From the human T2T-CHM13v2.0 reference genome, Homo sapiens, in assembly GCF_009914755.1 (NCBI RefSeq), contig NC_060929.1: a stretch of DNA of 64,000 nucleotides. One strand, written 5' to 3'. Within the stretch, counting starts at the first letter, position 1. Each line of letters opens with the position of its first letter. Positions 1 to 14,281 of this stretch are shown here, in pieces. Both the position numbers and the translations under genes were made by a program. The notes beneath the pieces are model-generated. The model saw nothing but the letters and a program-made list of their open reading frames with translations, ran no database searches and was not told where the DNA came from.

Positions 1-1887
1 TCCTGGTATATATTCTCCTCAGGTGGTTCTTTGGTCTCATATTTGGAGGTTGGGTGCCAGAGTGCTTCTAAGTAAACTTTAAGACCATTACAAATAAAGA
101 TAAACCATAATTCAATAAAGCTTGGAATTTGTATAACTGTCCATTTAAGATTTTAGTTTTATACCATGAGACCTGAAAAATTTCAGATTGCATCTCAGCA
201 TCATTGCATTCTTACAGAGTTAACTTCGTTAAGATTGGATATTGGGTGAATGTTCAGAATGGATGGATATAAAAGATAGTTCCAAATAGCTGAATGAATT
301 GGCTTTATCAGATTGGTTTTTATATGTAAGACTTATTGTTATGATCAACATAGCCTGATTCTACATTTTGTATTTTTAATATTGTTATTGTAAACAATTC
401 TTCTGGCACTAATTATCTATTAGTTTAATGGGATTCAAGGCTAGCTTTTTTCTTTTCTTATGTTATCAATATATTTTTATACCAAGTAAGAATGTGTCTT
501 AGAAAATATCTAATATCTCTACCAGTTGTTTACACATAAGTTTTAAATGAAGAAGCCAAACTCGCAACCTTATTTTTATTGTTTGGAAATGGAATTTCTA
601 GGAAAATAGAATTCTGACCGCTCAGATTGTGGCAGCATTATTTGATAGAGGCATTTGGAGCTTAACGGCGGAAGTGAGATTCCATGACTTGAACCAAGGC
701 GGCTCTAGTCTGAGAAGTGAGTCTGGTGAAAGAGCTGTTAGTGTACAGAGGGAGCGCACTTTGTGCTCAACTGTGGAGGAGATGGAAGTGTTAGCTGCGA
801 TAATTAGTCCAGGAACTGTCCTTAATAGCTCATGGATTATGATGGTTTAAGCTTAAACCTTGACACGTACTAGAAAACTAGTATATAGAAATGTCTTTCC
901 ATTAGTTAACAGAAAAATGAGTGTAAAAAGTCAGTAAGATTAAAGGTTTTCTTTCTTGAAACTGGTCGGCTATATTTTTTAATTATCCTAAAGAATTCAA
1001 GGCAATAATAGAATACAGGATTTGACATCCTGGACCCTCTCCAGCTTCTGTTATTTTGAGAAAAGCTGAGATATTTTTACCTTTTAAATAAAGCTGTTTT
1101 GAACTTTTCTTTTGGTGAGGGAATTAGTAACTGATGGTCCTAGAGACTCTTAAACACATAAAAACTAAGCTATTCTGTATTCCAGTCTAGTTTAGTTGTA
1201 TCTAGGCATTAATAGTACAGTGTATTTATGAATTTTATTGGATTTGAAGGATGAGTTTATAAACTGTCCTCTAGGATGCTTTTCTGTTTAAATATATATT
1301 GCTTGTAAAAGGTATTTGTATGTTTTCACCTATGTTCTGTCTCTGTTATGTGTTAACTCTGATTTTTTTCAAGGTATAGGTTGGCTAGTTCCCTGATTAT
1401 CCAGAAGCACTTTTCATCTTGTCTGTAGTCTACTGGAGTGTTTTCAGAAAGGATGCTTTATCCAAAAGACTGAATGGAATATGTTATATTATGTAAATAA
1501 CCAAAAGTTTCTTAAGGAATTCAAGGTACCTGCAAGATGCTACGTTAGTTAATTTTATGTTAAAAATTATTTGCATTGACTAGTGGTTGGTACTAGTGTT
1601 GGAGCAGTCATGGCTTGGTAGCAATACAAAATAATCTTATTTGGTGTTTGCCATTCCAATTCAGTCATCACAGGATTACATTTTGCCTAATTTTTCAAGA
1701 AAATATAAAGGTCTCTTGGGGAGGAAATGAGGAGAAAAGGCTCCACCTTTGTTCCAGTCCCTCCCACCCTTAGCATTTCTATGTATTTTATGACATCAGG
1801 AATGATGAGTATTAATTCCTGACATACTGTTTCAACCTCACATTGACTGAAATTAAATAACATCTATTATATTAAAAAAATAGTTGA

Positions 1888-4750
1888 CACTTCCAGTTTA
1901 CGTGATGGCTGACTAGAGACCATGAGACTGACTCTTAGTTTCCCATTAAAGCTCATATGAAAATGTAGAAGATGATGAACAGTTGTAGGAATACCAAAAC
2001 CTTGGCTTGACAGTCAGTGTATTATCACAATCTAAGATGTCCACAAACTACAAAGCTGATAGAACTGGTCTGAAAAATGCAATTACTTGCTGATTAATGA
2101 TAAGCAGTTAGAAATAAAAGCAACCTGCATGTCTTTTAAAGCAAGTATGGAGAATGATTCCTTTTCCTTTTCATAATGTCTACCCCCAAGGCTTTCAAAT
2201 TCTGGTATTATATCAACTAGAAAAGTGAACAAATATTTTTCTATTGGAAGAGTGCTACTTTTGAGGCTATTAGGAAGTTAGGTAGCTTTTCTTTTTTTTC
2301 TCTTCTTCCTCCCTGCCTAAGGTCTCTGTTGACCATCTTCATTTAATTGACCAAGTAGATCAACTGACACTCTTCATTCCTTTTCAGTGCCCATGGTAAT
2401 GTGGCCTTGTAGCTAACAGGCTGTTAGCTAGCAGGCCAATGTACTTCCCTCCCTCCAGTCTTTCAGTTGTGTGATTATCATGAATCAGTTATTTATTCCT
2501 AAACAAGTTGTTGTTATTTTTTTCTCATAAACCATTTTATTACGCTGTTGAATTACATAAAAACCCTTTTTTATGAAGTTGAGGACTTTGGAAATATTCA
2601 GCAAAGGTGAGTCACTGATAAATGTTGGCGAGATGACTGCAAAAGATTTGGGAAGAAATCATAAAAATATAGAAGCCGGCTGCACTCAGATTTTCTTAAC
2701 ATTTTTGAGTTTAAGTTCTTGCTATACTTTAGAGAAACCTAAGCTTGGAACCACAGAAGATTATCACATGTTTGGTTATGCAGAAAATATGAAAACTCCA
2801 ATTACTGGTTCCATAGTCAAAGGATTTGCATATTTTGAATATGATACATGTATATTTTTCATGGTAAAGTAAAATATTAAGAATAACACATACATATCAT
2901 AATGATCTTCTACTTTAACTTTTATTTTCAGCTCAACTTTAACTCTTTCTGTTAATAGATCTATTGCCAGCCTTGATCACATTGATGAAAGGGCTTCCAC
3001 TGTGTCCATATTTTGCAATCAATTTGGAGACTAAATCTGCCAGAAATAAAGTAGGCAGGAACAAGGAAACTTACGATAGATCATTGAGCTAGGAAAGTCC
3101 GCTCAAGGAAATTGCTGTTGGTGGTGGCATGGGCAAGAATACTGTGATATTCTTTGTTGAAGAAAGAAGCCTTCCCTTTGTTCAGAATCAGAGCTGGTAT
3201 AGAAGACTGAATACCAATCAGGCACAGCCACCTTGGATATTAAACCTTTTGGAAACTTGCGATCAGGCTGGATCCATGCATGTGAGCCTATTATTCACCC
3301 ACTCTTTTTCTCCATCACTGAATCCTCTTTACATCCTTCATGACATTATTAACAAACTGGCCATGTCATTTATTCCTTATTGTGTGTCTCACTTGGTAGA
3401 CTAGCAGCTCCATGAGGGTAGAGAGCTTGTTTGGTTTTGCATCCCCTGGCAAATACCTGGCACACAGTAGGTGTTCAACAAATATTTGTCAAATAAACTA
3501 ACTACGTTAGAGAAGGACTTCAGCTAATATCAAAATAAAAAGGACCAAGGGTAGTTTTAGCAAACACAGAGTCTAGGTAAATGTCTACTTCTTTGAGGAT
3601 AAGTGATTGAAAGGTTGTCATAGGAGAGCTGTGAAAAAGCTCTACAGACTGATTAAAAAATAGGGTGCAGCATGAAGACTCAGAAGTGTAGCTTACTTAT
3701 TAAAATGATTTATTACAGAGACCAGATGAAAATTTTTTAAAAAAAAGAGGACCTGGAACTCTCAAAAAGTTTTGAGTTATAATCTCTGAGAAATATGAAA
3801 CAAGGTGAAACACTGAAACAAAAAGATGACAAAAAATGAAAATGAAAATATTTGGAAGAGGAGAGGAGTGAGATAAGGAGAGATTGTTGGAGGGGCAATA
3901 ACAGACCATCTTCACTAGTGATGCTGAAGAGTAAAGCTGACACTGAAAGAGGGTATGGATGTGAAAAAAAAGTCCATGAGATACTTTTTTAAGAATGTAG
4001 ACAAAAGGAAGACAAATGCCAACAATGAGAAGGAAGATGATGATCGGTATGGAGGACAAGATTCCAACAAAAGAATTAAAAAACTTTAGGAAAAAATACA
4101 GCAGAGGCAATGATCAAAGATATAATTGATGAAAAGTTTTCTGAGCTGAAAAGGCCTCCCTTTATAGATGAAGAGGGATAAGTGCTGGGTAATAAAAATG
4201 AAAAAAGAGCCACCCCGAGTACACCATGGTAACTTAGTTCAACTAAAAGGAAAAAGGACATATTAAAAAAGTGCCCAGGCAGAAAGACTATATTGTATAA
4301 TATAGAACAAACGCTAGACTGACTTAGACAGGAAGACTATGAAGTTTTGAAATCATTTTATACTCAAAGTTATCTTTCATATGTGAAGGTAGTAGAGAGA
4401 CATTTTCAGATATGAAAACACTTATACCACAGGCACACTTCCCATATTTTTAAAAAGAAATTTTAAAAATTTCTTGATGAGGTCAGTTCAGCTGACTGAT
4501 AGATGAATTAAAATTAGCAATTAAAAATGAAGAATTAAAAAGGCATTGGAAACAATTAGACGTAGTGAAATCTAAATCATTATTGTCAATTTTATTGTCA
4601 AACTAAAGGTAGAAGTGTCCATTTAGTTTTGATAGAATTTAACAGCACCATGGATCTGCAGCTTCAGGTTATATTAATGCCTGAAATAGGTGGAGAGGCA
4701 GGAGCATATAGGAGATCCTAAATAATAGTTTTTCTTCAAGAAGATTTAAA
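1888..4750 (+). mobile_element. Ancient L1M/HAL1-like 5'UTR-ORF1 remnant (fragmented)
   Basis: acttccagtttacgtgatggctgact 5'-end-like motif; A-rich degenerate ORF1-like segments at 3900-4450 (gatataattgatgaaaagttttctgagctgaa; gagacattttcagatatg). Boundaries approximate. Confidence 0.5.
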
Positions 4751-5138
4751 AAATACCAACTTCTGGTGAGAGTGATATTTCGTATTCCATTGCCTTCACT
4801 TACTATCAGTGTACTGTTAACTCCTCAAACATCTGTCTCTGCTGAGAAAAGTCTCCTAAGTTCTAGACCCACTGGCCAAGTGGATAGCTCTCTTGGGATG
4901 GCCCATTAGCAGCTCCATTTCACCGTGTTTAAAACGGAACTCCTCTTCCCTGCTTGAACCTGTTCTGTGGTCCCAAGCTCTTTCAATTTTAGAGTGACCA
5001 GATATGACAGTTTTTTCACTATTAGCCTCTTTCACTCTCAAAATTAGTTTGGACAATAAATTATGGGCCTACCCTGATCATCTTGTCTTTTTTACTTTCA
5101 ACTCGTATCCAAACACATGCTAGACCTTTTCATTCTGT

Positions 5139-5469
5139 GTTTTGTTTGTTTGTTTTGTTTTGTTTTGTTTTGTTTTTGAGATGGAGTATCGCTCTGTCGC
5201 CCAGGCTGGAGTGCAGTGGCACAATCTCGGCTTACTGCAAGCTCCGCCTCCCAGGTTCACACCATTCTCCTGCCTCAGCCTCCTGAGTAGCTGGGACTAC
5301 AGGCACCCGCCACCACACTGGGCCAATTTTTTTTGTTGTTGTTGTATTTTTAGTAGAGACTGTGTTTCACCGTGTTAGTCAGGATGGTCTCTATCTCCTG
5401 ACCTCATGATCCGCCCACCTCAGCCTCCAAAAGTGCTGGGATTACAGGTGTGAGCCATCGCACCCAGCC
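5139..5469 (-). mobile_element. Alu (AluY-like) with (TTTTG)n-converted tail
   Basis: Reverse-complement Alu dimer with gcaagctccgcctccc; TSD tcattctgt on both sides. Confidence 0.95.
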
Positions 5470-5950
5470 TCATTCTGTTTTTTAAATGTGTCTCAAATTT
5501 GTCCTCTTCATCTTCAATGCTACTACCCTGCTTCAGACTGCTACTGTCCCTCCACTGGGTGATGATAATAACCCTGTGACAGATGTCCCTGCCTCACACA
5601 TTTGTTGGCGGAGTTTAATACAGTTATGTGTATGAACTTCATAGTATGGGACCTAGCGCTTAGCAGGCACTTAACTAATATTAGCAATGATGTAACTTAG
5701 CTCAAAACCCTTCTTTTTTCCATTACCCTAAGGATAAACTCTAGACTCTTTAACGTGGCTTGTGTGCCTGTATTTTTGTCTCTCGCATCATCTCTTGCAT
5801 CAGCTCAGTCTGCACTATGTGCTCCAGCCCCACAATGACTCTATTCAGAACACAAAAATTCAGAGAACTATCAATTCTTGGACACTCCATTTTTTGTTAT
5901 ATTACCTCTACATCTTTACTACCTGGGGGGTTAAAAAAAACAAAAAAGCA

Positions 5951-6246
<296 letters not shown>

Positions 6247-6284
6247 GCGAAAGAACCAAATCACAACAAAAAGTCTCCAATCTT

Positions 6285-6582
<298 letters not shown>

Positions 6583-7539
6583 CAACCTCAGACTTCACCT
6601 CTAGATGCACCCGAATGTGCACACACACAGACATGCACATGCACACATACACCATTTGCCTGATAAATTTCTGATTGTCTTTTAGAACTCAGCTTAGATG
6701 TTACATCTTACATCCTCTGGAAACTTGGTTGAGATCCTTGAAGCTAGGTAGTGTTCTCATATGACTCCATGGGACTGTGTTTACCCACTAAATGCCTGCG
6801 TAATAGTCCTCTGAAGAGACTTGCTATAAACCTCTTGCCGGTATGGGTTGGTCTTGTTCATTATTCCAAAATGGTGCCTAGCAAATCTTTAAGGAAAATG
6901 ACCTACTGCCAGTAGCATTTGAGCTAGGAATTGCACTAGAGGGAATCTGTCCTGCAGAAATAATCAGATATGGAGGTGGAGAGAACTCTGGACAAGGACG
7001 TGCATTTCAGCTTTGTTTATCATGTGAACAAATATTTTAAAATACTTAAATGTTTATCAGTAATGAATTGGTCAAATATTCTACATGTGTAAGTTATATA
7101 GAAAGATTTTTAAAAGATGCCTAAATTAGCATTTCTTTTTGTAATAGAGAACATAGGGCTGGTAAATTCTGGGATTTTAACTTAAGTTTTTATGAAATTT
7201 GTGTTTTCAAGTTTTATGGAGTAAATGAAGATGACTTGTTTGAATTGAAGTTGTGAATGGTTGAGTGAAATATGGAAGAAGTGCTTGGTACATAGGAGGT
7301 GTTTGCTAAACTAATAGCTAAAAATTGGAGGTGGAGAGAGTGAAAATTATGAGAAAAAGTCATGTAATCATTAGGCAATTAAATAATTTATCCATAGTGA
7401 TGAACACTTATGGGAAAAGTTTTGATTTAGAATCATCTCGCATTCATTGTTTTCTTCTTTAAAGGTGAAGTTTTTTGTACTTGTTGGCTTTCCTTTGTTA
7501 CCCAATATGACTTCTTGTATGTATAGTGTTTCATTTTGT

Positions 7540-8055
7540 ATTGCACTGAACTGCATACAACAGAAACCTTATTACAATGGCTTCTGAAGAAAGCCTTTTA
7601 TTATTCTTATGGACAAGTTTCAAGGCAGGTAGTTAGGGCTCATGATGGGTTCCATGGTGCCGTCAAAAGTCCAGGCTGCTTTTACCTGTTAGCTCTACCA
7701 CTGTTAGCCTGTGGCTCTTGTTCTTGTGAACTCAGGATGGTTCCTGCTTCTACATACATTACATCTGTGTTTCGTCCAGAAAGAGGGATGAGCAAAGGAG
7801 GAAGGTCATGGCAGTTGGGATAAACTGGGGACTCAGTAACTTTGTCAGAATTTCCACATACTGGAATTCTAATTACATGTCATTGTCCAGAACTGTGCCA
7901 CATGTCTGCATCTAGCATGGGGAAGCAGGTTTTTTTTGTTGTTCATTTTGATTTTGTTTTTTAAGCTATGACTGTTGCCATCCTAAATAAAATTGGCTTT
8001 CTATCAATAAAGGAGAAAGAGATAATGGTTGTTGGGTAGGAAGGAGCAGCATCTG
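7540..8055 (-). mobile_element. Old MaLR LTR remnant (MLT1J/K-like)
   Basis: acaacagaaacc...ccaggctgcttttacctg...catgtcattgtccagaactgtgccacatg; degenerate match to the recalled consensus. Confidence 0.55.
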
Positions 8056-8691
8056 CAAATTAGATTCATTAACTAGATCAAAAAGCAGCTACCACATTTT
8101 CTGTCAGCTACTCTTCCTTGCCCACTTCGGCTCAGGGACTGGAGTTGTGTTCTGAATACTCTAGGAGCAGGTCTATACTGAATAAATCAGTAATGGTTGT
8201 TAGAAATGTCTTTAAAACATGTTCTCAAGACTTATCAGTTAGGAAAATCATACCAAACACAATGAAACTGAAAAATTTTCTACATATTCTAAAACCAAAA
8301 CATAATTAGATGCTGCAAAATTAAAAATTTAAAGAGATAAAGAAAAGCTCATAAAATAAGAGCATATATATACAATTGAGATTTGGGTTATTTAAATATT
8401 AAGAAAATAGAATATTTATTCTTAAACATTTCCTGTTTATTTGTAGGACTATGTGGGCCTATGTTAAAATATAGTTCCTTATTCTTTGATTCATACATTC
8501 ATTCATTCAGTGACAAATTTACTTTGTATTTCTGTCTTGGGCAGCACTGTACTGGTATGTGTTCATATTTTCTTGCCTCTTTCATTTCTTCTTGATTCTT
8601 TCTTGCTCAGAACCTACACAGGCAAGGTCTCTTTTCTAAGTGACCTGTGATTTATACTGTACTGTGTAGACTGCCCATAAGACAAACCCTC

Positions 8692-8949
8692 AGTACCTTA
8701 CCTGAAATCTTCAGGGGTAGATGTATGTGAGGGTTCAGAATTCTTTTTAATTTTAGGAAAGTACTGTGCATATGTGGCATATTATTGCACAGTCTCCTTT
8801 GAAATTTCTGAATGTTCCGATCAAAAAATAAAGATTCTATAAAGCTTCATGTCAGTTCTGTTTAGATTTACTACCAAATGAGTTATAAAAAAGCTTTTGA
8901 TTTTTTCAGAGCTTTTTGGATTTCACAGTTTAGAGATTGTAGTTCTGTA
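8692..8949. mobile_element. Tigger-type MITE remnant (MER46C-like)
   Basis: cagtaccttacctgaaatc...ggttcagaattc...ttttcagagctttttggatttc...ctgta. Confidence 0.5.
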
Positions 8950-11900
8950 GAGTATTGGTTTGGGCGAATTATGAAATTGCTTAAAATAATTAGCAAGCTT
9001 CCTAAAAAGATGCATTATAGCAGAAACCATTTTGATTCTTCTAAATGGCATTGATTGTTACTATCATCCATACTTGGGTGCCTCAGCTTTTCTTTGTTCT
9101 GATTCCCATCATTTCAAAAATCTGTTCAAAAATGTCTGTCTCTTAAGAAATCTTTGCTAGCTGAGCAGTGCTTTTCACCCTTTTGTACCACATTCTCTAA
9201 ACATGTAGGTATTTAGGTGTTGACTTTTTTTTTCTTTGCGAGAATTCATTCCTTGACTTTACTGAGTGTTGTAGCTTCCTAATTATACTTCAAGCTTCCC
9301 TCATCATCTGAATTCATTTTTTCAAAAGATTTATCGTTCTATTCTTGCATCTCCTAAAATAATGCTTTTTGCATTTCTTGCATCAGGCAGTTTAAAGTTT
9401 ATGATAGGCTACCTAATACAATATAATTAAATATATATTTTTACTGTCATTTAGAAGTTCGAAGAAAAGTGTTTGTCATTAGGCTATTACCAGTCTCACA
9501 CATTGATTTTTAAGTGATATGCAGTGTGGGATTTGCCTTAGTGCTTTAACAGCATAGGATTTTAAATCATTCTTTTCTTCAATTTCACATGAACTTTAAA
9601 AGAATCTTCCTTACCAGGCCCTTATAATTTAGTCTGCTATGATTTTGTTCTTAGGTACAAAATTCTTTTAGATTTTATTTGTGAAAGTAATTAAACAGAT
9701 AGATTGCATTTAAAGTTATATTTTTTATTTTTATTTCTTGAAAAATAAAGGCAGAGTAGCTTAATGTTCTGAGACCACCTGCTAAATTGCCTGGTTAGTC
9801 TGTGTTTTAATTGATTTTGTTTATATTTTAAGTCAAACTTTCTTAATTAACTAATTGCATGGTTCTAGTTTATTGTCAGATTATTATACAGTGAATTCAG
9901 TTTGCAAAGTGTGTTTTAATTGTGTGTTTTGTGTGGTGAGATTAAACTTATTTTGCTTGTTTCTTATAAATAACATCTTCATCCATCAAGGACCATAATC
10001 AGAAAATGCAAATGATGGGGAGGAAAAACAGGTGCTCATATATATAGAATTATGATGAGGTATTTTGATATATTAAAATATGAAGGCAGAATTGTCATGG
10101 AAAGTACCACGTATAATGGATAAAGGATTATAATAATTTCTAGTTAAGATATTTGGAAATACATAACTGTATGTAACTGAAGAAAAACTTTGAAAAGAAG
10201 ACGAGGTGGTGTCAAAGAATAGCTGGTGTTAGTTTTGGTGTGTTTGCTAGATAATATAAATTTTGAATGATTCTGTTTTGCTATTGCTGTAGCACCAACA
10301 CTTGAAGTTGTATAAAGTACTGTGAAAATGTTAAAGTAAACTAAATATCTGGAGTATGAGTGATTTTTAAAAAATGATTTCTATTGGGGTGGGAGTAATT
10401 GATGGTTACGTGAGATTACTTCAGTAGCTTATTGTTTTCAGTTTCTTGCAAACTTAGTTCTCTGTCCACTTTCCACTTCTTTTCCTCCCAGTGTCCATCA
10501 TGTCTTCTGAAATAGTAACATAAAGCTAATTATTAACCCAAAGCAGTTCAGAACATAGACTAAAGTGATGTGGCATATTTCAAAGTCTTCCACTCTTCTG
10601 AACTAGATTTTTTTTCCTTCTAAATGCAGATTAATAAAGCGTGCACAACAAGAGGAACAAGGAAAAGGATTTTAGTGAAGGTATCCTGATCCTGAAAAAG
10701 TCAGGGAGGGCTTCAAGCCCATCTTGGACTTCAGAACACCTCACAACTTTGTGGTAAAAGAAACATTTTAAATAGAGCCTTTGGACTTATTTATTTCATC
10801 CTTATTCAGAGAGTAGCGCTTTTTTTAAAATTTTTATTTTTTTTAGGCAAGACAATTGTATGTGAAATCGCGTTACTTTTCAAACTGAAACATAGGGTTT
10901 CAGATTTGTTGTAGGTACTTAATATATACTCAAAATATTACAGGTAGTTGGTTGGCTTGTGTGTTTTTCTTTGAAATGTGTTCTTTTATCCCTTGTGACA
11001 TTGTGTTTGCATTCACTGTGAGTGATGTTTTCTCTAGTGTTTTGTATCTTTAATCGGTTCATTGGGTTGTATAGTAGGGAGTCTTTCCTAGGACCAATAT
11101 TGTTTCTAAAAATACTTTGAAAGTAGAAAGTGGTTTGTGTTTTATTGTTTTCATATTTTTTACCAGTCATATGATGGCTTACTAATGTGAAGAGATGTAG
11201 CACTAGTAAAAATTTGTTGTTTTCTCCTCTATTCACCTGGAAACCTCACACAGGATAGATTTCATTTGTCAACACAGATATAGACAGTGAATACAAACAT
11301 CTTTGCCATTTCTGTCCTTAACAACAAAACAGTCTTATTTTACTTTGTTAACTTTTTAAGGTCCTTTTTATTTGTGAAAATTAGGTTGTTTATGTACTAT
11401 GTGTTCTTCCAAAGTTACAGAGTTATATTCATTGGAGAAATGAATTTTCTTCCAGTAGATGAAAATTACATTTTGATTGAACATCATTCCTTATGCAGTC
11501 ACCCATAAATATAATGTCTTTTGCTGTCTTTTCAGAAAATGGCTACAGATGTGATTTCTGAATTGACAAGGAAATAGAACATCTTAATGTTTTAGGTAAA
11601 ACAGATGGTATTTTTGTTTGAGGCAAAACTCAGAGAAAGCAACTTAATTGGTGACAAGACTCTTGGGGTCAGCCAAATTATATACAATTTGTGTTTGTTT
11701 TTGTTGCTTTAATATCAAAAGTTTTAGAATACTTGGAATATTTATTCTTTTATTTGACTTTACTATTTTCTGTTGTGTACTGGAAATAGTTGTAAAATTT
11801 TTCAATCTTTTCTTTACAAAAATTGTAAGTCCACATATTTATTCTGCTTCGGTTACATTTATGGTCTTAGAAATGCTTTTTGCATTGTGAAAAGTTCCTG

Positions 11901-13807
11901 AAATTTGTAGTTCTACTTTTGAGGGTTAACATTTTCATTTGTAGTTTTAAGTTGCATTTGCAACTACAAATTCTGTGGACATTGATACCAACTCTGTTCT
12001 TTCCATGCCTTTGAGCTCTAGGCAGATCTCACTGTCAGATGCCTGGAATTTCCGGAGCACAGTGTTGTGAAGGGACCCTTGCATGAGAGTCAGAGGACTG
12101 ATTCTAGCCCCATCTCTGTCACTAACCAGCTCATATTTTTGGAACTTCAGTTTCATTTGCTCTCTATATTTGGCGGGTATTAATAGGTAATCCCCGAGGT
12201 CACATCCAGTTAACATTTGGTTTTCTTGTCTAAGTATTAATCATTTATAAAGCATTCATTTGGATAAACACCAGGAAAGGAAGTTTTGAGGAAGAAACTA
12301 CTGTGGACAATAACCAAGTGTTTCCAGTAACTGGGACATAAGATAATCTGTCTTCCAAAATATCTCCAGTATTCCAAAATGAAGACCTATTATGTAGGAA
12401 ATTTTCTTTTTACCACCTCTTACAGAAATTCAGAACTGGGTAGTGAAACAACCGCTTGTGTTGTCATCATAGCAACCAGGGGAAGTAGCCTAATCCTCAC
12501 CTCCAGGAAAACTCCTTTACCCCATTCCTGGCACTGCAGGTGGGGAGGCTTTGGAGTGAAGGTTCTCTGCTGGGGTGAATATAGAGCAGTCTGATAAGGC
12601 TCTGTTCAGAGAGGCAGGGGGAGGGTAATGGGATTCTGAGTGCTCTAGTTGCTGCATCAGTGCTTCTAGCACGTGCACCCTGACTGCCTTACCCACTGAA
12701 GGGAGACAGCAGGTCACCTTCCCTGTCTCTGACTCCCTGACGGATTGAGTTTGAATCCTGGCTGTACCATTTCTATGGCTACATAACCATGAGTAGGATA
12801 CAGAACCATTCTATGCTTCTGTAAAATAGGCTTGTAAAGTAACTGCTCAGCACTGTTTTAAGGCTAATTAAGTGCTAGCTGTTGGTATTATTATCATCAT
12901 AGCTGCTAAGATTACCATAACATCTGAAAAACTCTGCTACGAGCTAAGTCATTTACTTAAATATAGCAAAAATATTCCTTTAATACAGTTTTATATTTGA
13001 CTTACTGCTTTGTCTGTTAGTATTATAAACAAACATAACTGTCTGCCCCAGTAATATTTTCTAACATAGAGCTTTCTAGAATATTTACTTAATAATATCA
13101 TACTTTCCTTGCCATTCTTAGTTTAGAAACTAAAAGTTTATTAGTAATATTTTGTGGAATTCTTGCATTTGAGGAGAATAAGGTATTTGCAGCAATCACT
13201 TAGTTGCCAACAGCAATTTTAGGTACTGTGGTCATACTGTTTTGTGAAGGACAACTTTATATTTGCATTTGATCACACATGCAGCATGCTTGTTTACCTT
13301 CCTTTTGAATCTTTTCCTTGGACAAATGGCTCTCCATGGGATGATAGGCTCATAATATTTTGTCCATGATTTTAAGAATGATTTCTCCTAAATATAGAGA
13401 AAGGTGTGAAATAAACTTTCATATATTAGGAAGATAGGGTAGCATTTATGTACTACTATATCCAAGTAAAATTCTAATTTTTATTGCTGAAAGAGTGTTC
13501 TGTACCTTAGCGTTGAATTTTTTTTTCTTGTAAGAGCAGGCCATATTTGTTACTTAACCAGCTAGTAGCTTCCAGAAACCATCATTTAAAATTTTTCCCT
13601 TGTGATTACAGGAGAGAGGGCAAAGGGCTAGACCCACTTCATTTAATCTTTGCTTGGTCCCAGTTCCAAGGACCCCAAGCTCTTCTTGCTTGTTACTCTT
13701 TGCCCACCTCCATCCTGTTTTCCAGGACTCAGGATTTTCTTTTATATATCCTTGGTGGTATGAAACTGGAAGTTAGTCCTCATTTTCAACAGGAATAGTG
13801 TAACCTG

Positions 13808-14281
13808 GTATATTAGTTTCCTGTTGCTGCTATAATAAATTACCAACAAACTTAATTCTACTAAAAAATACACACAAATTTATTATCTTATAGATTTGGG
13901 GGTCAGAAGTTCAAGACCATTTTCACTGGATTAACAAAATATTGGTAGGGCTGGTTCCTTCTGGCGGCTCTGAGGGGAGAATCATTTCTTTGCCTTTTCC
14001 TTTTCTAGAGATGACCTGCATTGCTTGGCCTGTGGCCCCTTCCTTGTATATCCCATCCACTTGGTTCTGTTGTCACATAGTCTTCTTCTCTGTTGGATCG
14101 TCCCTCTAATAAGGACCCTTGTAAATACATTGGGCCCACCTAGACAGCCCCGAATGAGCTTCCCATACCGTGAGCTGTAATTTAATCACATCTGCAAAGT
14201 CTTTTCTGCCATATAAGGTAGCATTCATAGGTTATGGAATTAGGACATGGACATCTTGGGGTCATTATGCTCCCTATCATA
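13808..14281 (-). mobile_element. MaLR solo LTR (MLT1C/D-like)
   Basis: tattagtttcctgttgctgctataataaattacc...taatcacatctgcaaagtc...ccatataaggtagcattcatagg. Confidence 0.8.

Noticed and set aside
3700-4110. 136-aa hydrophobic minus-strand ORF resembling a membrane protein
   Set aside because: It is the reverse complement of an A-rich decayed L1/HAL1-like segment; F/L/I richness follows from base composition.
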